From: Candidatus Hodarchaeota archaeon
GTDB lineage: Archaea; Asgardarchaeota; Lokiarchaeia; Sigyniarchaeales; SOKP01
Assembly (NCBI GenBank): GCA_048887225.1
Contig: JBHLJY010000009.1
Span: forward strand, 27,205-91,204
Reading direction: 5' to 3'
DNA length: 64,000 nt
Position numbers and translations under genes: made by a program. The notes below the pieces were generated by a model. It was not told where the DNA came from and ran no database searches. It was given only the letters and a program-made list of their open reading frames with translations. Within the stretch, counting starts at the first letter, position 1. Every line of letters starts with the position of its first letter. Positions 48,659-58,608 of the stretch are shown here, in pieces.

Positions 48659-48831
48659 TAAACCTCATCAAAAATTTTTGTTATATTTCGTTAAACTTTA
48701 AAAAAAATCTGCGTTTTTCATTATCTTGCCAAAAGCTAAACATTTCTAATAAATTTAAAAAATTTAGGAAATTTTAATATTATTAAATTATTTTATAATT
48801 AAATGAAATTGGATAATACACGGTTGTACTG

Positions 48832-51800
48832 TTGATTCTACACAAAAAAGAAATCAAACAGATATTATTAACCATTACACTTATTATTTTAATAATAGTA
48901 TCCAATTTTCCAAGAATTAATGAAATAAATCCCCAATCTGATGATATAAATAATCAAAATCTTGTTTATAATGAAAAATCAGAAATTCCTAATATTTCTG
49001 GAATTAAAGAAGTTAGTGATTATATTAATGGGACCGGGATTAATCAAACCGTCAGGATTTATGCGAATAATCAATCAAGACTAACAAATCAAGAAAAATA
49101 TTTCGAATTTCCCCCCCCAGATTCTAATACTAATCTCAGTCATGGAGATTTTTATTTTAATTTTGGTAATAATTTCACAACTGACTATGTTATAGAAGAT
49201 GATAATGCACTATCTCCATTTGGAGGGGAATATTATGAGAAATATATATTAGATGAAATTACTTCATATATACAAGTTCATAATGGATCTGAATATCCAA
49301 ATAATGGTTATAGGCAATTCATAACAGGAGCAATTCAAAGCTTTAACATTAGTGCGAATAATGGACTGGCTAATTTTACAATTTACACAGAGTTTAAGAA
49401 TGATCTCATTATAAATCCTTTTACACCGATAAATTTTTTAAGGGAAAATATAATCGGATTTATATTAAATTTAGCTTGTAATGTTAACAAGTCCGTAAAT
49501 GTAACTATATATATGAAAAGCTTTTATTACCCTGATGCAGGGGAGTTTATTAGAGTTACAGATACATTTGAATTAAACAGCACATTAAATCCACAAGATA
49601 TTGATCGCCTAATAGTTAATCAAAACTTAAAATTTATTAATACTTCAGGTTGGTGCCATATTCTTTTTGTTTTAAATAGGACTGACGCTTCTGAATTTAA
49701 TATTACAATTGACGAATTTGATTTTAATTCATTTCTCGTCACGGAATTACCAATCTCTGATCAAAAGCATATTGCTTTAGAGTTTGATTTAAGAGGTAAA
49801 AATACAACAATTAATGGATTTTACGCATGGATAAGGACATTGAATCTAACAGAAGCTAAAAATGTAACTTTAACCGTATCTCTTTATTACGCAACTGATA
49901 CAATAGGAAGAACACAAGAGAATTTAAATTGGGACGGTTCCACAGATATTGAACCTAAAATAACAACTGGTTTGATATATTCTAAAAATTGGACTTATAA
50001 TGATTATCATGGTGATAAGCTTTTTTATTTCAATTTTGATTCAAGTCAAACTTCAGATTTGAAACGATACAATTACTTCATAGTAATTAAATCTAACCAT
50101 TCTGATGAGGATATACATAGTTTGGTTTGTCTTCCGCGTGGTGCTTATGGAGATGGAGTAGAGGGTTGGGATCATCTTACATTAAAATCAGATGATGGAG
50201 GCACGAACTGGATTCTTGCAACATGGGAAAATGAACCATTACTTTATCAATTAGATGTAAGTCAATTTAAATTAAATATAACTCGTGGTTATGTACCTCA
50301 AGATTTTAAAGCTGATGGTACAATTACCTTAAAAATTCAAAACCATATTATTGAAGATGTAAGTGATTTAATAGAGATAATCACAGGACAGACAGCTGAA
50401 GATCGAGATGTACCAGTTCTTACATGGGGGATTGGTCGTTGGAATAATTATTTTACGCCATCATTAGAAATTTATAAAACAGGTTATTTTCGAGTTAATC
50501 TTACTTGGAATGCAACCATTACTGGTATTAAAGGATTTAAATTTGATGTAAATTATACAGTTGAAGTATTTCGAAATGACACCATCCCGTCATTTTATAA
50601 TGCTATATACAACGAATTACCTGAATGGATTTTTAATTATACTTTAAATTTATACGATTCTATATTTAATAATTGGAATTTCACACAATTTTGGTTCATT
50701 TATCCCAATTATTTCAATGCTTATAATTTAGCTATTCCTAATAGTACTCAAGTATATAACAAGACTGGTAGAGAATTTTCCTTTGCTGAGCGACCAAATT
50801 ATAAAAAATTTGTTGTAAATTCGAGTATTATTAATCCCTTAGATAAGGCAAATTATACTGGTACATATTCTCTTAATTTAACTAGTCTGAATGCGATTAT
50901 TGATGATACATTTATGCATAGTTATATTAATTTTAAAGGAATGTTATGGGAAACCCGTGGTTTTATGTACGGTGATAATATTTCTGTAAGTCTTGATATA
51001 CAAGATCATACCGGCTTAGCGCCTTTAAACGGAAGAGCAAATGTGTCTTTATTTTATCCAAATGGTACAAAATTTCCTAATGCAGATCTGTACTCTGAAA
51101 ATGGTAAAATTTCAATAGACAAAACGATACTTACTTACAGATTTAATAATGATACTATATTAGAATTGACAAAAAATATTCCGTTAGAAACCGATTTTTC
51201 TGACGGTGATCATTATTCTTTAGGTTTTTTCTGGTCAAATAGTTCGATAATTGGTTGCGCAAAAATAGATATTTATATATTTATATATGATATTAACCTA
51301 AGTAGATGTGTTTTTGAACCAGAAGATAATATTAATCGCCTTGATGGCAGAATTCTCAATGAATTCCCCGAGGATTACTCTCTATTAATTGCTTCTATCA
51401 ATGAAACAACAGGTTATAATAATCCTAATTTTTACCCGATTAATAAATCAATTAACCAAATTGATGGTACATTTACTTATAATTTCAAAGGGAAAAACTT
51501 TCAAGTTTATATGAACAATTTCCTCCAAAATGAATCAATTTTAAATCCTAAAGAAAAAATGAAAATAAAAGTTGTAATTCAGAACTTATTCATATTTGAC
51601 TTAGATGTTAAGATCAATGTAAAACTTGTGAGCCTTGCTAAGGAAGAATGGGTTATTGCTGAAAATGCCTCTATTACGAAAAAAATAGGAATGAATGGTC
51701 TTCCAAATGGTGGCGACACTGAAGAATTTAATATTGAATTAACAATCCCTGAATTTAATACAACTGACTTAACGTGGAAAGGTGTTAACGCTCCCGTAAG

Positions 51801-53319
51801 ACAAGGAGGTGTAAAAACTATAGTCGATGTATTTATTGAAAATAATTATGCAGGGACCTATCATTGTAATAATTATTCGTTATTAATCAATGATACTGAC
51901 AACAAGTTTGAGGGTTATATACTCGCTCTAAAATACTCAAAAGGACTAACTGCATTAGTAATATTAGAAAAATTTGAAAGGGAAGATTGTGTATACCTTC
52001 CAAACAAAACCACTTTTATGGCTAATCTTTATGATAAGTATTATGTAAGTTTTTTTAATCAACATATTGAAGAATTTGAATTGAAACTCGATAGTAAATT
52101 TGATAGTATTATAATTAATCCACAAAAACCTCTCTTTGGTGAAACATTTAATTTAAGTGCTGTTTTAACAACCGAATTTGGCAGTCCTCTGCAAAACAAG
52201 GAAGTCTTATGTCAATATTATAAAGATGGTAAATGGACTAATATTTCCATACCAAAATACACCAATGTAAATGGCTCTATAAGTTTTGAGGTCGATTCTT
52301 TGACACTTGAGTTTGAAGAAAGTTTGGTTATGAGGCTAAGTTGGACAGGAGATATTTACACCTTAAACAATTCTCAAGTGATACCAATTGATATTATAAC
52401 TCAAGTAAATGATATTTCAATAAATAGTAAAGATGATGAGTCTATTGTTTATAGAAATAAAGATGAGGCAATTACATTTAAGTTAGAGAATAAAGGAAAT
52501 TCCCTTTTGAGAATAATTGATATTGTAATAGATATAGAGGATGAAGATATAGATTATAACATAAGGGGAGAGAATGATATTATATTAAATTGGTTTACTC
52601 CAGGAGAAACTACTGAAATTATTGTTGAAATAGAGATTTCGGATACTGATTTTAGTACTTTAGATATTCGAATAACAGTTACTGCAGTAAATATCTTATC
52701 AAATGAAATCTTAGTTAAAAGTCATACTATAACCGTAGATGTTGTTGATAAAACAATAGCTGATCTATTCATCGAGTTTTTCATTATTCTTATGGTGGGG
52801 ATAATTGTATTTATTAGCTTTTTAGCCTATTTTTATGCTAAAAAGACAATCAAAAAGACTGAGATAATTTCAAAAGAACCCACTAAAAGACCAAGGAGAG
52901 GAAGATACGTTAAAGTTTCTGAATTGGTAACAGAGGAACTTGAAAAACCGACTATAGAGGCAGAAAAAGTTGAAGGTGAACCAAGAGAGATTATTACTGA
53001 AGAAAAAATTAAACCTAAGGAAATCGAAAAGATAAAAACTACAGATTTAGATACTTTATTAGAAGAAGAAATTGTCAAAAAAGAACCATCGAAGAAGACG
53101 AAAAAATTACCTAAAAAGGTTAAAAAGCCATCAAAAAAACCAAGAAAAGTTACTCCTAAACAAAAACCGCCTAAAAAATTAAAAAAACTGAAAGAGGCTA
53201 AAAAAGAGAAAACAATACTTAAGAAAACAAAAAAGGTCGAATCAAAAAGAGTTAAAAAGAAAAAAACAACAGATCTAGATGATTTATTAAAAGAGAAGGG
53301 GCTTGACGAATCAAAATAG
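48832..53319 (+). CDS. large cell-surface glycoprotein with C-terminal TM anchor and Lys-rich cytoplasmic tail
   Basis: N-terminal signal/TM, beta-rich body with many N-x-S/T sequons, TM FFIILMVGIIVFISFLAYFY, K/E/P-rich tail. Confidence 0.8.
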   Translation: MILHKKEIKQILLTITLIILIIVSNFPRINEINPQSDDINNQNLVYNEKSEIPNISGIKEVSDYINGTGINQTVRIYANNQSRLTNQEKYFEFPPPDSNTNLSHGDFYFNFGNNFTTDYVIEDDNALSPFGGEYYEKYILDEITSYIQVHNGSEYPNNGYRQFITGAIQSFNISANNGLANFTIYTEFKNDLIINPFTPINFLRENIIGFILNLACNVNKSVNVTIYMKSFYYPDAGEFIRVTDTFELNSTLNPQDIDRLIVNQNLKFINTSGWCHILFVLNRTDASEFNITIDEFDFNSFLVTELPISDQKHIALEFDLRGKNTTINGFYAWIRTLNLTEAKNVTLTVSLYYATDTIGRTQENLNWDGSTDIEPKITTGLIYSKNWTYNDYHGDKLFYFNFDSSQTSDLKRYNYFIVIKSNHSDEDIHSLVCLPRGAYGDGVEGWDHLTLKSDDGGTNWILATWENEPLLYQLDVSQFKLNITRGYVPQDFKADGTITLKIQNHIIEDVSDLIEIITGQTAEDRDVPVLTWGIGRWNNYFTPSLEIYKTGYFRVNLTWNATITGIKGFKFDVNYTVEVFRNDTIPSFYNAIYNELPEWIFNYTLNLYDSIFNNWNFTQFWFIYPNYFNAYNLAIPNSTQVYNKTGREFSFAERPNYKKFVVNSSIINPLDKANYTGTYSLNLTSLNAIIDDTFMHSYINFKGMLWETRGFMYGDNISVSLDIQDHTGLAPLNGRANVSLFYPNGTKFPNADLYSENGKISIDKTILTYRFNNDTILELTKNIPLETDFSDGDHYSLGFFWSNSSIIGCAKIDIYIFIYDINLSRCVFEPEDNINRLDGRILNEFPEDYSLLIASINETTGYNNPNFYPINKSINQIDGTFTYNFKGKNFQVYMNNFLQNESILNPKEKMKIKVVIQNLFIFDLDVKINVKLVSLAKEEWVIAENASITKKIGMNGLPNGGDTEEFNIELTIPEFNTTDLTWKGVNAPVRQGGVKTIVDVFIENNYAGTYHCNNYSLLINDTDNKFEGYILALKYSKGLTALVILEKFEREDCVYLPNKTTFMANLYDKYYVSFFNQHIEEFELKLDSKFDSIIINPQKPLFGETFNLSAVLTTEFGSPLQNKEVLCQYYKDGKWTNISIPKYTNVNGSISFEVDSLTLEFEESLVMRLSWTGDIYTLNNSQVIPIDIITQVNDISINSKDDESIVYRNKDEAITFKLENKGNSLLRIIDIVIDIEDEDIDYNIRGENDIILNWFTPGETTEIIVEIEISDTDFSTLDIRITVTAVNILSNEILVKSHTITVDVVDKTIADLFIEFFIILMVGIIVFISFLAYFYAKKTIKKTEIISKEPTKRPRRGRYVKVSELVTEELEKPTIEAEKVEGEPREIITEEKIKPKEIEKIKTTDLDTLLEEEIVKKEPSKKTKKLPKKVKKPSKKPRKVTPKQKPPKKLKKLKEAKKEKTILKKTKKVESKRVKKKKTTDLDDLLKEKGLDESK

Positions 53320-53392
53320 CTATTTCGGTTGAAAATAACCTTAATTTATAGAATCATGTTTTATTAAAAAAAAGATATAATAAAAATATAAG

Positions 53393-53746
53393 TTAGAGAT
53401 TAGAAATTGAAATCAAATTACGCTTAAGAAGACCTAAAGACGCTTTTCCATCAATTCCCGCCAGAGCAATAAGAACCATTTTTTCAGAGCCTACTAAGAC
53501 AGCAAAACCATTTTCTAATTCTATAGTTGTGTTTTTCAAACCTCCCTTCTCAACATCTTTACCTAATGTATTTGAATCTTTAATAATAGCAGTACAAGAC
53601 TTTGCGATTTTTTCGTGATCCATTTCAGTAATAGTCTGACCAACAATTACCTTACCATCTTTGGCATTTGCAGCAATTAAACCTTCACATTCAGGAACAA
53701 TATCCATTAACTCTGCCAGCTTTTTCTCAATTATTTCTTTACTCAT
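53393..53746 (-). CDS. roadblock/LC7 domain protein
   Basis: Helix, GLIAANAKDGKVI, helix, TTIELENGFAVLV, ASLGLL roadblock pattern. Confidence 0.8.
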   Translation of the reverse strand: MSKEIIEKKLAELMDIVPECEGLIAANAKDGKVIVGQTITEMDHEKIAKSCTAIIKDSNTLGKDVEKGGLKNTTIELENGFAVLVGSEKMVLIALAGIDGKASLGLLKRNLISISNL

Positions 53747-53905
53747 CGGAACACTTCTCTTTAAATTATTTTCTTAAGATTGTGAAGAAATTATCTTAAA
53801 TATATATATCTTTATGTAAAAATAAATTTAAACTTTTTAATATATTCAAGAACCGAATAATGATATATTTAAATTGAAAAAAGGATTGTTAAAAAAATAT
53901 CAATT

Positions 53906-54190
53906 TTATTTTAAGATTATTAAAATTAACTGCTCTTCGAGGGCAATCATCACCTCGCCTTTTGAAGTTTCTAATCTTATAAATTTTAGGGATCCCTCCT
54001 TTAACGCATCAACACATTGACGAGATTTGCCAATTAATGATGTTATATAGGCCGATACTTCCTCTGTTTGATCTATTGGAAGGTTAGCTTTTATCGGCAA
54101 GCCACTAGAATCACATATAATTACTCCACGAACACCCTCTTTCTCCTCAAACCTTCTTATGATGGCTTTTACTTCTGCTGTATCAATCAT
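53906..54190 (-). CDS. roadblock/LC7 protein, dynein light chain roadblock-like
   Basis: EVKAIIRRFEEKEGVRGVIICDSSGLPIK..LKFIRLETSKGEVMIA resembles DYNLRB; ATG at 54190 (track GTG 54199). Confidence 0.85.
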   Translation of the reverse strand: MIDTAEVKAIIRRFEEKEGVRGVIICDSSGLPIKANLPIDQTEEVSAYITSLIGKSRQCVDALKEGSLKFIRLETSKGEVMIALEEQLILIILK

Positions 54191-54423
54191 ATAATTCACT
54201 TTTTTGTTCTGTTAAAAAATATGTCTTTATTTAATAAATAATATAAATTTAATATTTAAAAAAATGTGTATTAATTCGTTTTTAATTTAAATTTTTATTT
54301 TTTTTATTTAAATTAGATATTACATGGATATTACGACAATTAAAATTTACTCCAAATAAAATTTCTTCTATATTGTAATATTATATTCTAAAAAATAACG
54401 TTTAAGATAAAATAATTTTATGT

Positions 54424-55383
54424 ATGATACAACTCAATAATGATTTAGATTCTAGCTTAAGAAAAGATGTTGAAAATCGTTTTTCTCAAGTAAACTATTT
54501 ACAATCTAATAGTTATAGCCCACTTTTAAATTATCAAGCCTTAGTTAAAAGTATTAGGCGTGATGTATGGAGTTATGAGCTTAAATCTATGCTACGTGGT
54601 TTTATAAATGACATTCATGAGCTAAAACAAAATTTAAAATTTAAAGTAAGCGGGAAAATTTTAGGATCATCTACATATGTACTTAAAACTAAAACTAATA
54701 CGATTATCAACACATCACTAGAAACTCAGGACGATATTAAGGAAGCTCAAGCAATTGAATCGAAAGAAAATGATGATAATTTGTTTGAATCCTATGATGA
54801 AGAAGGAGAATTATTTGATGCATTTGTCGAATTAGAATCTGAAAATTTATTATCGGAAGAACAGAAGGTTTTATTAAAGGAAGAGAAAATTAAAAGGGCA
54901 TTAAACCTTGATGTTTCTGAATTAAATCATAAAATAAGAAATAAAACTAATCGATTAAATAATCCACCAAAACTAATTTATAAAAAAGTAGAGCTAAAAG
55001 ATCTTGCTGATGCCTTAAACGATGTTTTAAAAAGAAAAAGTACAAATATAAAGAAAAAAAAAAAATTAATTGATAGTTCAAAATTACCTTATTTGCCTGA
55101 GAAATTTATTGCTAATCAGGAAAAAAAAAGAGCAAATTTTGAAAATAGAATAAAGATTTTCTATGAAACTCTTAAAAACCAATATGAAGGAGAACCAATT
55201 CAATTTTTAAGGTTAGTAAGTCAACCAACGCCAAGAGCTCTTGTTGAAACTTTACTTTGCGTGTTGCATTTAATAAACCATAAAAAAATTGAACTTTGGA
55301 AGCAATATAATGAAGAAAATGGAAAATTAAAAGAAAATTTCTCAGAAAACAGTGGTCAGAATTTATTTTTAAGTCCCATCTGA
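54424..55383 (+). CDS. scpA: ScpA-like kleisin
   Basis: N-terminal DVWSYEL..FKVSGKILGSSTYVLKTKT; ELKDLADAL; C-terminal VETLLCVLHLINHKKIELW. Confidence 0.7.
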   Translation: MIQLNNDLDSSLRKDVENRFSQVNYLQSNSYSPLLNYQALVKSIRRDVWSYELKSMLRGFINDIHELKQNLKFKVSGKILGSSTYVLKTKTNTIINTSLETQDDIKEAQAIESKENDDNLFESYDEEGELFDAFVELESENLLSEEQKVLLKEEKIKRALNLDVSELNHKIRNKTNRLNNPPKLIYKKVELKDLADALNDVLKRKSTNIKKKKKLIDSSKLPYLPEKFIANQEKKRANFENRIKIFYETLKNQYEGEPIQFLRLVSQPTPRALVETLLCVLHLINHKKIELWKQYNEENGKLKENFSENSGQNLFLSPI

Positions 55384-55414
55384 ATTTTCAATATTTTTTG
55401 GATAAAATTATTTT

Positions 55415-56050
55415 CTATAAGAAATAGTTTTTGAAAAGATTTAATTTACGTTCTTCTCCGATTGAAGTATTTCTCATATGCCCTGGAAATATGATAAAAT
55501 TATCTGAAAATTCAGCATTGTACATAATTTTATTTTTTATACTAGAAAACAATTGATTTTGATTTCCTCCGCCCATATCAGACCTACCTACGCTTCTACA
55601 GAATATTAAATCTCCTGTAAATATAATTCCATCAATTTTTTGACCATCAAATTCTTTTACATTTTTAGAGTAATAGCTTAAACTTCCAGGGCTATGTCCT
55701 GGCGTTTCCAAAACGTGAAGCGTGATTTCACCTATTTTTATAAAATCGCCTTCGGATAGCCATTCGTTGGCTTTTTTGCGTGAAGCGACTTCGCCTGAAT
55801 CTAATTCTTTTTTATTGTACATTAATGGTATTTTATAATATCTAATAATCTTCCCCACTTGCATAGTATGGTCGAAATGAGAATGAGTTAAGAGAACTGC
55901 GATTGGTTTTACTCCAATATCTTCTACTGCTTTAATAATATTATCACCTTCCGCCCCAGGATCGATAATAACAACTTCTTTGGTTTTCTCTGACCCAAAG
56001 ATATAGCAATTTGTTCCAAACGGCCCTACAATTAGTTTTTTTAAAATCAT
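55415..56050 (-). CDS. MBL-fold metallo-hydrolase (glyoxalase II-like)
   Basis: TNCY, IDPG, THSHFDH, TPGHSPG, FTGD, PGH. Confidence 0.92.
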   Translation of the reverse strand: MILKKLIVGPFGTNCYIFGSEKTKEVVIIDPGAEGDNIIKAVEDIGVKPIAVLLTHSHFDHTMQVGKIIRYYKIPLMYNKKELDSGEVASRKKANEWLSEGDFIKIGEITLHVLETPGHSPGSLSYYSKNVKEFDGQKIDGIIFTGDLIFCRSVGRSDMGGGNQNQLFSSIKNKIMYNAEFSDNFIIFPGHMRNTSIGEERKLNLFKNYFL

Positions 56051-56161
56051 AATACAAATAATCCTAGATGGGCAATAAATAATTTATATAAAAAACTGAA
56101 ATTATTTAAGAGAAATTATAAAATAAAAAGAGTATAAAAATAAAAGATTTTTTTATATACT

Positions 56162-56452
56162 TTATGCTTGATCGCCAATTAAATCGTTTATCTCAATTAA
56201 TTTATTATAGACTTGCAGCCCCTTTTTTGTGAGCCGTATATGCTTCTTTTTATTAGTCTTCTCAATTGAGATTAAACCTTTTTTGATTAAATCCTCTTTA
56301 ATCCGAAAAAAAGAATTATAATAGCTGAATTTATTTAATTCATTGTAAAAAGTATGTTTATCTGTTTTGTGGTTCTTAAACTGCATAAGCACTTGAAACG
56401 TGTCTCGAAATCCTTTTTTTTTTAAGAAACTTATTAAATCGTTTAAAATCAA
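56162..56452 (-). CDS. small winged-helix protein
   Basis: FFRIKEDLIKKGLISIEK..HIRLTKKGLQVY (MarR-like wing). Confidence 0.7.
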   Translation of the reverse strand: MILNDLISFLKKKGFRDTFQVLMQFKNHKTDKHTFYNELNKFSYYNSFFRIKEDLIKKGLISIEKTNKKKHIRLTKKGLQVYNKLIEINDLIGDQA

Positions 56453-56543
56453 TATCCCATACCTTTTTAAATGGTAATTTGAAGTTTTACTAATTAGTAT
56501 TAAAAAAATTATAACTATTAAAAAAGCTTACTATAATACATTA

Positions 56544-56595
56544 AAGGTTTTTTGACAGAAATATCAATTAATTATAAGGTTTTTTGACAGAAATA
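56544..56595. repeat. 20-bp perfect direct repeat AAGGTTTTTTGACAGAAATA x2, 32-bp period
   Basis: Copies at 56544-56563 and 56576-56595 in a divergent intergenic region. Confidence 0.85.
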
Positions 56596-56664
56596 ACTAA
56601 AACATTAAATATTTCAATTTCTATTATTTGAACTAATAAGAATTCTAAAAGATTTTTGATTAAA

Positions 56665-57024
56665 ATGGGAAAAGAAAAAGAGAAAGATAAGAAAGACAAA
56701 CATAAAAAAGAAAAAAATAAAAAGGATAAGGATAAGAAGGAAAAGGAGAAAAAAGAGAAAGAAAAAAAGGAAAAAGAGAAGAAAGATAAAAAGGATAAAG
56801 ACAAAGGAATGCCTGATCAAGAGTGGAAAATTACAATAAGTAAGAATCTTGACGTTGTAATAGGTGCTTATCAGAAAATTGTTAAAATTTTTCAAGATAT
56901 TGATAATTATATTTTGAAGGATGCTAAAAATATAGAAGAATTTAAAGAAAAAGTACAAAAAATAGTAGCGGATTTACCAGAAAATCAAAAAGAGGCATTT
57001 ATAGCTTTTCTTAATGCAATTTAA
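56665..57024 (+). CDS. protein with KK(E/D)K(E/D) low-complexity N-terminus and small helical domain
   Basis: Polypurine tract encoding pentapeptide repeats, then about 70 aa of helical sequence; ATG near 56665. Confidence 0.65.
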   Translation: MGKEKEKDKKDKHKKEKNKKDKDKKEKEKKEKEKKEKEKKDKKDKDKGMPDQEWKITISKNLDVVIGAYQKIVKIFQDIDNYILKDAKNIEEFKEKVQKIVADLPENQKEAFIAFLNAI

Positions 57025-57067
57025 TTTTTTTTTTTTTAAAATATACTTATGAATATTTTGGAAAACC

Positions 57068-57796
57068 TTGAATTTGCTAAAATATTTTGAAATAAGAGAA
57101 GGTATTGTTCCAATTATTTTATCATGCCCACATGGGGGATATTTGAGACCAAACAAGATACCTGATAAATTAAAAGGTGTTCAAATTGCGGATAAGAACA
57201 AATTTCTTATTTCAAAAAGAATAATTCAACTACTAAATCAGAAGTTTGATATTCAGATTTATTATATTTTAAGCAAAATCCATAGGAGTAAAGTAGATTT
57301 TAATAGACCACCACGGGCTTTTTCTGCATTCAACCACAGTTCAATTGAGGCAAAAAAAATTCATCATTTATATCACGAATACATCCAAAAATTTTATCAA
57401 GAATGCCTTTCCAATTTTAACAGATGTTTATTTATTGATTTACATGGTTTTACTAAGCCACATGAAGAATATCCTGACATAATTTTTGGAAATTTATTTG
57501 GAACTACATTAAAAATAATATATGATTCCAAACACCGAAATATTAAAAAATATTGGGGATTTACTGAATTGGTCGAATCGCTCTCAAAAAATTTTACTTT
57601 GGATGATGGATTAGGAATGACTGAATTTAATCTTGGTTATAGTGGGGGATATATCACCCATAAATTTTATAAAAGAAATCTATCAAACGCTTTTCAAATC
57701 GAAATCTCTAAACATATCAGAGAAACAAGACTATTGACTAAGAATTTTATAAGTGGATTTGTTACTGCTATAACAAACTGTTTAAAAGATAAATAG
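57068..57796 (+). CDS. N-formylglutamate amidohydrolase-like protein
   Basis: ILSCPHGG, HRSKVDFNR, YH, IDLHG, YSGGYIT, FQIE. Confidence 0.8.
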   Translation: MNLLKYFEIREGIVPIILSCPHGGYLRPNKIPDKLKGVQIADKNKFLISKRIIQLLNQKFDIQIYYILSKIHRSKVDFNRPPRAFSAFNHSSIEAKKIHHLYHEYIQKFYQECLSNFNRCLFIDLHGFTKPHEEYPDIIFGNLFGTTLKIIYDSKHRNIKKYWGFTELVESLSKNFTLDDGLGMTEFNLGYSGGYITHKFYKRNLSNAFQIEISKHIRETRLLTKNFISGFVTAITNCLKDK

Positions 57797-57805
57797 TATT
57801 AATAA

Positions 57806-58603
57806 ATGATTATGAAATTAAAAGTAGCTTTAGTCCAAATGGAAATTTGGGATGGTGAAAAGGAAAAAAACTTAACGAATGCTCTAAATATTCTAAATTC
57901 GTTATTAAAGTCAGAAAATTGTCCTGATATTGTGTGTTTCCCTGAATTGTTTACAACTGGATATGACCTCAATAATGTAAAAAAATATGCAGAAACAATT
58001 CCAGGGAAAACTGTTGAAGAACTCACTAAAATTTCAAAAGGCAAATTTGTTGTGATAGGAACAATCTTGGAAGTTGAAAATGATAATTATTACAATTCCG
58101 CATTTATTATTAATAAAAAAGGTAGTTTAATTGGAAAATATAGAAAAACGCACCTCTTTGCTCCATTATTAGAAACAGACTTTTTAACGCCAGGAAATAA
58201 AATCTCAATTTTTACCTTACCTGAATCAAATAATTTAAAAATCGGTGTTGCTATCTGCTACGATTTACGTTTTCCAGAAATATTTAGAAAAATGGCATTA
58301 CTGGGAGCTCAAATTATCTTTATTCCATCAGAATTTCCAAGTCCAAAAAAAAAAATATGGAAAACACTTCTACACGCAAGAGCAATAGAAAATCAAATAT
58401 ACGTTATTGGAATTAACCGCATAGGAAAAGGTACCTCTGGCGAGTATTTTGGTTATTCGCTTGTGTCAAACGGTGAATATCTAGAACACTTAGACAATAT
58501 ACCTGAAACAAGAGTTTTTTCTATAGATTTAAATTCACTTGGTCCAATAAGAAAAGAAATTGAACTTTTAAAGGACCGTAGAACTGATTTATACAATATA
58601 TAA
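57806..58603 (+). CDS. carbon-nitrogen hydrolase (nitrilase family)
   Basis: FPELF, YRKTHLF, ICYDLRFPE, ARAIENQ (E-K-C triad). Confidence 0.93.
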   Translation: MIMKLKVALVQMEIWDGEKEKNLTNALNILNSLLKSENCPDIVCFPELFTTGYDLNNVKKYAETIPGKTVEELTKISKGKFVVIGTILEVENDNYYNSAFIINKKGSLIGKYRKTHLFAPLLETDFLTPGNKISIFTLPESNNLKIGVAICYDLRFPEIFRKMALLGAQIIFIPSEFPSPKKKIWKTLLHARAIENQIYVIGINRIGKGTSGEYFGYSLVSNGEYLEHLDNIPETRVFSIDLNSLGPIRKEIELLKDRRTDLYNI

Positions 58604-58608
58604 GAAAA

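Noticed and set aside
56544-56595. Possible mini-CRISPR
   Set aside because: Only two 20-bp copies, a 12-bp spacer, and no cas genes or leader
56568-56958. Minus-strand Phe/Ser/Leu-rich ORFs (78 aa and 114 aa) that look like membrane proteins
   Set aside because: They are antisense shadows of the polypurine KE-repeat gene
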